A stretch of 28,201 nucleotides of DNA, from contig JBGAGQ010000077.1 of the NCBI GenBank assembly GCA_044226625.1, positions 1 to 28,201 on the forward strand, in the 5' to 3' direction. Position numbers and translations under genes: made by a program. Below, one piece after another: positions 17,374 through 24,503 of this stretch; positions within the stretch are counted from its first letter, which is position 1, and the number at the start of each line of letters is the position of its first letter. The notes beneath the pieces are model-generated. The model had not been told where the DNA came from. It made no database searches and worked only from the letters and a program-made list of their open reading frames with translations. The DNA comes from Thermoanaerobaculia bacterium (lineage in GTDB: Bacteria > Acidobacteriota > Thermoanaerobaculia > Multivoradales > UBA5704).

Positions 17374-18297
17374 GTGCCGCGCAAGCTCGAGGTGACGTTC
17401 AAGGGCATCTGTGCGTTCATGCCCGACCAACCGTTCTTCGTCGGCACCACGCCCGGCAAACCGAAGACGGTCCGCGTCGCGTTGCCGGACCTGATCCAGC
17501 CCGCGCTCGCCTCGTGGTGCCTCAAGACGCCTCACCTTCCGGTCTTTCGCGCAACCCATCTCGCCGCGCTGACGTTTTCCCTCCGCGACTACTGCGCGAA
17601 ACAGAGCACGATCGAGCCGGACTACGAATCGGACGGCGTGGGCATCATCCTGTTCAAGGGCGACCGCCTCACGTTCCATCGGCTCGCGTCCCAAAGCCTG
17701 ACGTTCGACTCACAGGTTTCCTCCAGCACCCAGCCCTCGCAATCCGACCGGACCTCGCTCTGGTGGCTGCCTCGGCTCGCCGAGCTTGTCGACGTGCGCA
17801 CCGCGACGCCGAACGCTGCGCCGGCCGTCGACCTCGCGTTCGACGCGGGTCACCTTTCGGTCGCCGGCTTCAACGAGGATGCCCACGGGGATCCGCGCCC
17901 CTGGTCTTTCTGCCCGATCGCGTTCGACGGCACGGCGTACGTGCCCGGCAAGCCCGTCTTCGAGCGAGCGATCGGAAATCAAATCCGCCTCGAAGCGAAA
18001 TTGACCGGTGCCCACGCCGAGATCGAGCTGCTTCGGCAAGGCGGAAGCTCCGACTTTCTCCTCTTGGGCAAATTGTGTTCGGGAAAGACCCTTCGCATCG
18101 AAATCGTCAACGCCGAGCTCGAATCCCTCCTCCGGTTCAAAGACACCCCGTTCGTGACCTTCGGAATGAACAATCGCGGCGACGCGGATTTCGAGGCGTT
18201 CTATCAGTTCTTCGGCCTGCCGTTCGGACCGGTTCCCGCCGATACCGAAGACGGCAGCGGCGATCTGGCGAGGCCTTGCTCCCCCACCGCCGGCTGA
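17374..18297 (+). CDS. hypothetical 307-aa protein, predicted beta-rich, no signal peptide
   Basis: GTG start with RBS GAGGAGG overlapping the CHAT stop; normal protein composition; N-terminal LEVTFKGICAF and C-terminal PCSP. Confidence 0.85.
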   Translation: MPRKLEVTFKGICAFMPDQPFFVGTTPGKPKTVRVALPDLIQPALASWCLKTPHLPVFRATHLAALTFSLRDYCAKQSTIEPDYESDGVGIILFKGDRLTFHRLASQSLTFDSQVSSSTQPSQSDRTSLWWLPRLAELVDVRTATPNAAPAVDLAFDAGHLSVAGFNEDAHGDPRPWSFCPIAFDGTAYVPGKPVFERAIGNQIRLEAKLTGAHAEIELLRQGGSSDFLLLGKLCSGKTLRIEIVNAELESLLRFKDTPFVTFGMNNRGDADFEAFYQFFGLPFGPVPADTEDGSGDLARPCSPTAG

Positions 18298-18347
18298 CCT
18301 CGGAGCGATCGATCGGACATCTCGCGGAAATCCCTGGGAGGTAAAGA

Positions 18348-19250
18348 ATGGCGATCCCATCCGTCGACCAAATCTGCCCCCGGTTGGCCGACCTGAAGCT
18401 CACCGGGGCCGGCGAGTGCGACGGCCGTCTGCTCCTGCTCGCGGAATACCCGGAAAAGGCGGCCGATGCGCTACGCTCGGCCTTCGGACCGCCGCTAGCC
18501 GGTCACACCTGGACGGAGTTCATCGAAGAGGCGTCTTTCGAGCATCCCGATCTCGCCCCCTTCGAAGGCCTGGATCCGAAACGCGTGACCCCCTCGGCGA
18601 GCCCGCCGGTGCTGCAGGCGGGAGACAAGATCGGGCGAAACACCGGACCGACGGGAACCCTCGGAGGCATCGTCTTCGACAGCACGCACAGGCCTTACCT
18701 CCTGGCCGCCTGGCATTCGACGCCTCTGCAAAACATCCATGAAACGGACAGCGGGCGCGTCGTGGCGAACGCCACGACCCAGATCGGCACGTTCGCAACG
18801 GCCGGCCACTCGGCGGATTGCCTCGTGGCCCTGAGCAACGGCACCGGAACCGCGGATCCCCGCTTGAAATTCGGCGCCTCCACCGACCGCTTCCAGCCGG
18901 CTCCGGCGGCGGCGAACGCCGGCGACGCCGTCGAGCTCTGCGGCGCGATCGCGGAACGCACGACGGAGGGAACGGTGCTCTGCCCCCATTTCTGCGTCTT
19001 GATCAAGAGAAACGGGGTGCTCTACAAGTTCGACGACCAGATCCTGACCCGCAGCGTCAACCGCGCCCGACCTTTCGCGCAGAAAGGAGACTCCGGCGGA
19101 ATCGTCCTGCGCAGGAGCCGAAGCGGAGCCCTCGAAGCGCTCGGACTCCACCACTCCACCTCGCAGAACTTCTCCCTCTCCGTATCCCACCCCCTCGTCG
19201 ACATCTTCCGCAGGATCCAGTCGACGATCGGCAGCCCGGTCCACTTCTAG
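18348..19250 (+). CDS. trypsin-like (S1, Nal1-like) serine protease
   Basis: GTLGGIV..YLLAAWH (His123), ADC (Asp157), FDDQI, FAQKGDSGGIV (Ser249), ALGL. RBS GGGAGGT; about 85-aa N-terminal pro-region; no signal peptide. Confidence 0.82.
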   Translation: MAIPSVDQICPRLADLKLTGAGECDGRLLLLAEYPEKAADALRSAFGPPLAGHTWTEFIEEASFEHPDLAPFEGLDPKRVTPSASPPVLQAGDKIGRNTGPTGTLGGIVFDSTHRPYLLAAWHSTPLQNIHETDSGRVVANATTQIGTFATAGHSADCLVALSNGTGTADPRLKFGASTDRFQPAPAAANAGDAVELCGAIAERTTEGTVLCPHFCVLIKRNGVLYKFDDQILTRSVNRARPFAQKGDSGGIVLRRSRSGALEALGLHHSTSQNFSLSVSHPLVDIFRRIQSTIGSPVHF

Positions 19251-19260
19251 CTAGGCCCGA

Positions 19261-19295
19261 GGACTCAGATCAACCCCGAAAGGAAACCCCCGCCG
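19261..19295. repeat. imperfect direct repeat, copy 1 (duplicate of the 3' end of the DUF4143 ATPase gene)
   Basis: GGAC-TCAGATCAACCCCGAAAGGAAA-CCCCCGCCG versus 20050-20086 GGACTTTAGTTCAACCCCGAAAGGAAAACCCCCGCCG. Confidence 0.85.
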
Positions 19296-19338
19296 CCCCT
19301 CGACGTCGCGGACGGGCGCAGATCAAGCTCTTACCCTC

Positions 19339-19766
19339 TCAAACCACAACGAGATGTTCGGAGGACGCGCCTGACACAGCAGACAGCGGGATCGATCGAT
19401 CGAAGGTTACAAATCGACCACCATGCTCGACCGCGAGACACAACAGGTAAATATCCGTCACCTGACTCGGTCCTTGGACATGCCGAGAGTCAATTCGACG
19501 GCGGTCGAGAAGGCTGGTGGCGCAGGGCCAGAATTCGTGATGTTCGGTGCTTGTCGCGCGGCGAAGCCGCTCGATGGCTGGGCAGGTGAAACCGGGCTTG
19601 GATATCGCGGTTGGCTGAAGATCCGCACAAATCCGTTCTGGGTCAGGGCACAGGATGCCCAACCATGGCGAATTTCCCCAGACAGCCATTCTCGCGCGCG
19701 GAGGTGATCGGCATGGTCAGAATCAAGCAGGGCAAGGAGCACATTCACGTCGAGGAGTGAACGCAT
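19339..19766 (-). pseudogene. vapC: VapC PIN-domain toxin, frameshifted near 19577
   Basis: The N-half (LLDVNVLLALL..DH..H...WASCALTQNGFVR) is in ORF 19458..19769 and the C-half (AIERLRRA...QVTDIYLLCLAVEHGGRFVTFD) is in ORF 19339..19689. One base is missing at CAG^CCATCGAG. Confidence 0.85.
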
Positions 19767-20005
19767 CACTCCTCATCGGCTCGGAGCCGGTCGATCAACT
19801 CGTTGGACACAACCGCGCCGCGGGGCGGGAACGGCTCGAAGCCGAAGAAACTCTCCGAAGCGTCCGTATTGCTCGCTCGGTTCTGACTTTCGAGGGCGTC
19901 TCGGACCAGATCCGACGGCAAATCGCCTGCGCTACGGTTCTGCCGGCGGGCGCGATCCTGCACCGTCTGGAGCACGTCGTCGGCAATTTCGAGAGTCATT
20001 CGCAT
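19766..20005 (-). CDS. vapB: VapB-type ribbon-helix-helix (CopG-like) antitoxin
   Basis: MRMTLEIADDVL...RARRQNRSAG...SDLVRDAL...GFEPFPPRGAVVSNELIDRLR; TGATG coupling to the toxin. TGcTAGCAT lies 7 nt before the ATG, consistent with a leaderless transcript. Confidence 0.85.
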   Translation of the reverse strand: MRMTLEIADDVLQTVQDRARRQNRSAGDLPSDLVRDALESQNRASNTDASESFFGFEPFPPRGAVVSNELIDRLRADEE

Positions 20006-20054
20006 TGGCCAAATGCTAGCACGCCAGTTGCTTTCCCTCGCCAACGTCGGGACT

Positions 20055-21176
20055 TTAGTTCAACCCCGAAAGGAAAACCCCCGCCGGGGCCACGCGGATC
20101 CCTTCCTGCGAGACGTAATCCTTCGACCCGGTCGCCGAGATCTGCCAGGCCTCGGCGCCCGGGGTGCGCGCAAATAGGTAGCGCAGCCCGCGGTCGATCT
20201 CGGCGTCCGCCCATTTGCACTCGACGAGGAGAACGGGACGGCGTTCCTCGGTCACCACGAAATCGACCTCGCGACCTTCGACGTCGCGGAAGAAGCGCAG
20301 GTCGAGATCGCGCCCCTTGGCGTCTTGCTCGAACTGGACCCATTTGAGCAGGTGGCTCGCCACCAGATTCTCGAAACGCTGCGGCAGCTCTCGAACCAAC
20401 GTCCAGTCGAAGTGGTAGTGCTTCTGCTCCTTCTTGACCGCCCGGATCTTCGGCTGACCGAACGGTGCCAAGCGGAAGATCGCGAATAACCGTTCGAGGA
20501 TCGCGAGCCAGTGGGTCGCCGTTTTGTGGCTCACTTGAAGGTCCTCGCGCAGGGCGTTTACCGACAGCGGCGAGCCCACCAGCTCCGGAAGGCGAAGGGC
20601 CAGCTGTTCCAACCGGCCGAGATCCTGCACCCGCTCGAGCGCTCCAATCTCTTCCCGGATCAACAGATTCCGATACTCGCGTGACCAACGTCTCGCCTCG
20701 ACCTCGGACCCGCCGAAAAACGGCTCGGGAAAACCGCCCAGCGTCAGCAGATCGGAGATCTCGGCGGCGGTGGCGAGCCCCAGCTCGGCCACCGAGAGTG
20801 GGTGGAGATGCAGCAGGTGATACCGCCCCTGGAGCGAATCGCCCGAGTAACGGTACAGGTCGAGCCGCGCGCTTCCGGTGACCAGAATCCGCTGCCCTTC
20901 CCGCCTGCCGTCCCACAGTCCCTTGAGCAGGTTGCGCCAGAGCCTGTACTTGTGGACCTCGTCGAAGACCCAGAGATCGCCCGGCGGCAACTCGCGCTTC
21001 AAGATTCGCTCCCGATCCTCGGGGACGTCCCAGTTCAGGTATCCCTTCGTGGCTCCTGGCAGGGCTCGCGCGAGCGTGGTCTTCCCTACCTGGCGCGGAC
21101 CGGCCACGAAAACCATCTTCCGGGCGAGGTCGCGCTCGACCTGTTCCGTCAGATATCGATGCTCCGGCGTCTTCAC
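20055..21176 (-). CDS. AAA_14 ATPase with DUF4143 and C-terminal PD-(D/E)XK-like segment
   Basis: Walker A GPRQVGKT, Walker B VFDEVH, VTGSA, SLQGR, GGFPE, FENLVA, EVDFV...VECK. GTG 21176 preferred; ORF is open to 21212. Confidence 0.92.
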   Translation of the reverse strand: MKTPEHRYLTEQVERDLARKMVFVAGPRQVGKTTLARALPGATKGYLNWDVPEDRERILKRELPPGDLWVFDEVHKYRLWRNLLKGLWDGRREGQRILVTGSARLDLYRYSGDSLQGRYHLLHLHPLSVAELGLATAAEISDLLTLGGFPEPFFGGSEVEARRWSREYRNLLIREEIGALERVQDLGRLEQLALRLPELVGSPLSVNALREDLQVSHKTATHWLAILERLFAIFRLAPFGQPKIRAVKKEQKHYHFDWTLVRELPQRFENLVASHLLKWVQFEQDAKGRDLDLRFFRDVEGREVDFVVTEERRPVLLVECKWADAEIDRGLRYLFARTPGAEAWQISATGSKDYVSQEGIRVAPAGVFLSGLN

Positions 21177-21193
21177 AGACCGAAGGCTGCCAC

Positions 21194-21249
21194 TTTTTTC
21201 ACCCACGGTCAAAAAAACTCACGACCGTTTTCGACCGCGGGTGAAGAAA
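21194..21249. promoter_or_regulatory. 22-bp imperfect inverted repeat upstream of the ATPase gene
   Basis: TTTTTTCACCCACGGTCAAAAA (21194-21215) and TTTTCGACCGCGGGTGAAGAAA (21228-21249), 19/22 complementary. Confidence 0.7.
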
Positions 21250-21372
21250 CTCGTGCCCGGCGCTTGGCCCCGGTTCTCTCCGTCTTCCGCCTCTTGCGCC
21301 AGAACCGCGACGTCCGCGGCGAAGGCCGAAAGGCCGCGCCGAGGACGGCGCACATCGAAAGGGAGAGAAACC

Positions 21373-21594
21373 ATGCGCAAGTCGGCCAAGAAACTGAATC
21401 TCCACCGCGAAACGCTCCGCAGCCTCGAGGAATCCCTGGACGGCGCCGTCGGCGCATCGACCGTTCCGGGCTGTGTCACCACCGGCTGTCCCACGCGAAT
21501 CATCACCTGCAAGAGCGCCAACCTGTGCGCCACGGTCGTCTACCCGTGCGTGACGCAGACGGGCTGCGTTTCGGGGACGGGCTGCATCGGCTAG
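21373..21594 (+). CDS. 73-aa RiPP (lanthipeptide-like) precursor peptide
   Basis: RBS GGGAGA. Leader MRKSAKKLNLHRETLRSLEESLDGAVGA (KKLxLxRETL motif, GA double-glycine-type end). The 45-aa core has 7 Cys and 12 Ser/Thr. Not called as its own ORF in the track (it is the tail of 20878..21594). Confidence 0.85.
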   Translation: MRKSAKKLNLHRETLRSLEESLDGAVGASTVPGCVTTGCPTRIITCKSANLCATVVYPCVTQTGCVSGTGCIG

Positions 21595-21618
21595 CTCGAG
21601 CCGTTCCGCTCGGATTTT

Positions 21619-21659
21619 GCGCGCCCGTCGGGTCCCAGACCCGGCGGGCGCGCCTCTTC
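21619..21659 (+). terminator. hairpin terminator after the precursor peptide gene
   Basis: GCGCGCCCGTCGGGTC-CCA-GACCCGGCGGGCGCGC (16-bp stem with one G-U) followed by CTCTTC. Confidence 0.7.
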
Positions 21660-21707
21660 GAACGCGTCGTGGTCTCCGTCGATCCGCAAACGTGATCGAA
21701 TCGCCGC

Positions 21708-22217
21708 ATGCCGGCCGAGGTCTCGATCCGCGACGCCGTTCCCGCCGATTTTCCGGAGATCCTCGCGCTCAACGAGGAGTGGGAGCATTTCTTGAGCCCC
21801 GCCTCGGCAGCGCGCCTCGAGTTCCTTCATGCCGAGGCGGAGTACCACCGCGTCGTCCCACGCACCGCGGAAGACCCTGGGATCGACGCCTTCCTGCTCG
21901 CGTTCCGCGAGAATAGCCGCTACGACAGCCCGAACTACCGCTGGTTCGTCGAGCGCTACCCGGCGTTCCTCTACGTCGATCGCGTGGTGGTCTCGGGCCG
22001 GGCGCAGGGGCGAGGGCTCGGCTCCCGGCTCTACGACGATCTGTTCGCGTTCGCCGCGAGCACCGGCGTGCCGCGCGTGGTCTGCGAGTACGACGTCGAG
22101 CCGATGAACGAGGGCTCCCGTAGGTTCCACGCGCGCTACGGCTTCCGCGAGGTCGGCCGGTCGACCTACAGCGATCCGCCGAAGGTCGTCGCGATGCAGA
22201 AGGCGCTCGTCGGCTAG
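21708..22217 (+). CDS. GNAT family N-acetyltransferase
   Basis: ILALN, YDSPNYRWF, FLYVDRVVV...QGRGLGSRLY, NEGSRRFHARYGFREVG. Confidence 0.9.
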   Translation: MPAEVSIRDAVPADFPEILALNEEWEHFLSPASAARLEFLHAEAEYHRVVPRTAEDPGIDAFLLAFRENSRYDSPNYRWFVERYPAFLYVDRVVVSGRAQGRGLGSRLYDDLFAFAASTGVPRVVCEYDVEPMNEGSRRFHARYGFREVGRSTYSDPPKVVAMQKALVG

Positions 22218-22250
22218 GGCGCGCGCCCCACCCACCGATCGACCGCTCGG

Positions 22251-23225
22251 CTACCCGCGCGCCCGGTGCCCCGGCTTCTGCGCCTTGCGCGCGGCGGGCC
22301 CGGCCGCCGGCACCACGAGCTGGAGCGCCTGCTCGGCGCGACCTACCGTCACCGTCTGGCCGCCAAGGAATTCGAGCGCGTCGCTTTCGATGCCGTCGGC
22401 GAAGACCGCCCCTCCCTCGGCCATCTCGGAATGGAGGACGAGCCGGGCTCCGGCTGGGAGAAGGCCAAAGTCGAGACCGACGCCCGTCGAGATCGAGGGG
22501 AAGGGCTCGCGAACCATCCAGGCGAGCTGGGGATCGGTCGGGCGCGGCAGGCCCTGCTCGATCTTCCGCTGCTCGCAGATCGAGCGCGCCCAACCGGTGG
22601 CTCCCGTGCCGGTCGCGCAGAGGACGCCCGAGGAGGAGTGGCGCTCGCGCTGCTCCCCCACCTCGATCGTGTAGCGGGCCGACTGGTGCGTGCGATGGCC
22701 GACGAACACCTCGTTCAAGGCGAGCAGCTTCTGTCCGTCCTCGCGCTCCGCGACCGCCATCGTGCGGCGCTCGATCCGGTAGGCGTTCCCCGAGCCCGTC
22801 GCCGTCCATTCGAGGAGGAAGCGGACGCTCGCCGGAGGGTGCCGGCAAAGCACGCCGTCGAAGCGCTCCGGGTCGGAGTTGACGCCGATCACCCGCTGGC
22901 CGGATAGGTACTTGGCGACGTTCGCGACCAGGCCGTCCTGCCCGACGACGAGGATCAAATCGTCGGGCGCGAACAGGAATCGATCGAGGTCGTCGCGGTC
23001 GATCTGCACCCTGCGTTGGTCGCCCGGGATGCTCGCCTCGACCTCGGAGTAGGCGGCGACGAACCGCTCGTGCGCCGCCTCATGCCAGGCGATGTCCTGC
23101 CCGCGCGAGGCGAGGTAGAAGCGCACCTGGTCGAGCGTGCCGCGCGCTTCGCGCAGCCCTTCAAGGGAAGTCTTGCGGGTGACCAGCACCACCCGCGGCC
23201 GGGTGCGCGACGGAGTGCCGGCCAC
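22251..23225 (-). CDS. NAD-kinase-like (ATP-NAD kinase fold) protein
   Basis: VLVTRKT, VVGQDGLVANVAKYL (variant of GGDG), ALNEVFVG, SSGVLCATGTGATGW (variant of TPTGSTAY), FADGIESD. Confidence 0.85.
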   Translation of the reverse strand: MAGTPSRTRPRVVLVTRKTSLEGLREARGTLDQVRFYLASRGQDIAWHEAAHERFVAAYSEVEASIPGDQRRVQIDRDDLDRFLFAPDDLILVVGQDGLVANVAKYLSGQRVIGVNSDPERFDGVLCRHPPASVRFLLEWTATGSGNAYRIERRTMAVAEREDGQKLLALNEVFVGHRTHQSARYTIEVGEQRERHSSSGVLCATGTGATGWARSICEQRKIEQGLPRPTDPQLAWMVREPFPSISTGVGLDFGLLPAGARLVLHSEMAEGGAVFADGIESDALEFLGGQTVTVGRAEQALQLVVPAAGPAARKAQKPGHRARG

Positions 23226-23234
23226 GCGCCCCGC

Positions 23235-24275
23235 CTACTCGCCGGACGATTTCAAGGCGAAGCGCTGAACGAGGTCGCCGAGCAGGTCGGGGGTCACGTT
23301 CAGGTGCTCGATCGAGCCGATCTTCCCCGCGAGTTGCCGGAGAGCGAAGCCGAGCAGCACGGACGGCGGCGCGCCCGACCAGATCTCCGCCCGGCGCGCC
23401 TCGGCCGCGAGGTCGGCGTCCAGCAGCAGGCGCTTCGCCTCCGTCTCGCCCGCCGCCCGGGTCTTCACGTCGCGGGCCGCCGCCTCGGCGGCGATACCGT
23501 CGCGCTCGGTCTGCGCCACGACCCCGAGCCGCTGCGCCTCGGCGTCCTCGCGGACGGAGAGCAGCCGGTTCGCGGCCTCCTGGCGGATCAGCTCCTCCTG
23601 TCGCCGCGCGAGCTCGATCTCGGTCGCCAGCTCGTTCTCCTTGATCGCCCGCTCCTTCTCGACCGCGAGCGCGCGGCGCTCGAAGGTCGCCTCGTCGGCC
23701 TTCTGCTGGATCGCCTCGCGCGTGGGCGTCTGGAGCGCCTTTTCGATGTCCGCGTTCGGAACCACCTGATCGACCTGGACGCTGACCAACGCGAGCCCCA
23801 TCTCCGCCGCCTCCGCGTTGCCGCGCAGGGCGGGGTCGAGCGCGGCGCGGATCGTCGCCGCTCCGGTGCGCACGGCGTCGACCAACGGCAGGCGCATCAA
23901 GGTCTCGCGCACGGGCTCCTGCGCCCAGCGCGACCAGAGGCCGGCCAGGCGTTCGAGCGGCTGCTCCAGCCACGCGCCGCTCGCAAGGCCGATCGTGAAG
24001 TTGATCCGGCGGCCCGCCTTCTGCGCCTCGGCCACCCGATAGGCAAGGGTGATCTGGACCACGATCTCCTGCAGATCGGCCGAGCGCTCGCGCAAGACGA
24101 ACGTGCTCGCGATGTCCTCGACCGGCACCTGGAGCACCGCGGCGGACAGCGGGTGGAACCAGTAAGCGATGCCGGGCCCGCTGCGCACCAGCTTGCCGCG
24201 GCGGAAGTGGAGGATCGATTGGTTCGGCTCGGCGCGCAGGTGGCGAAGGAAGAGGAGGCGGGAGATCTGGGCCAT
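23235..24275 (-). CDS. SPFH / band 7 / flotillin-like protein
   Basis: ATG 24275; G.GIAYWF.P, DLQEIVVQ..L.YRV, EKALQTPTREAIQQKADEATFERRALAVEKERAIKENEL coiled coil, IEHLNVTPDLL. 9-nt gap to the kinase-like gene. Confidence 0.9.
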   Translation of the reverse strand: MAQISRLLFLRHLRAEPNQSILHFRRGKLVRSGPGIAYWFHPLSAAVLQVPVEDIASTFVLRERSADLQEIVVQITLAYRVAEAQKAGRRINFTIGLASGAWLEQPLERLAGLWSRWAQEPVRETLMRLPLVDAVRTGAATIRAALDPALRGNAEAAEMGLALVSVQVDQVVPNADIEKALQTPTREAIQQKADEATFERRALAVEKERAIKENELATEIELARRQEELIRQEAANRLLSVREDAEAQRLGVVAQTERDGIAAEAAARDVKTRAAGETEAKRLLLDADLAAEARRAEIWSGAPPSVLLGFALRQLAGKIGSIEHLNVTPDLLGDLVQRFALKSSGE

Positions 24276-24503
24276 CGCGGAGCTACCTCCGAAACGATCG
24301 AAAGACGACAACGCCGGGAAAACGGAGAGTGATTTCAAGGATATCGCAGGGGGAAACCCATCCCGCAGAGGGAATCCAAAACGACCCGAGAAGGGGGACG
24401 AGGTTTGAACCACGATCGAACCGTGGGGCGGATAGGATGCGGAGCCGTCCACATCAGGTCCATCTCCCCGACCCCCTCCTCCTCTCTCGATCGCGAGCCC
24501 CCG

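Noticed and set aside
17374-18297. Calling the 307-aa protein a bacterial gasdermin
   Set aside because: The context is analogous, but I see no recognisable gasdermin sequence similarity; a structure search is needed.
19560-19590. Programmed frameshift in vapC
   Set aside because: No slippery sequence or homopolymer at the frame switch; mutation or sequencing error is simpler.
24290-24315. NrtR-type operator upstream of the SPFH gene
   Set aside because: Only a GACGACAA half-site-like string with no matching palindromic half.
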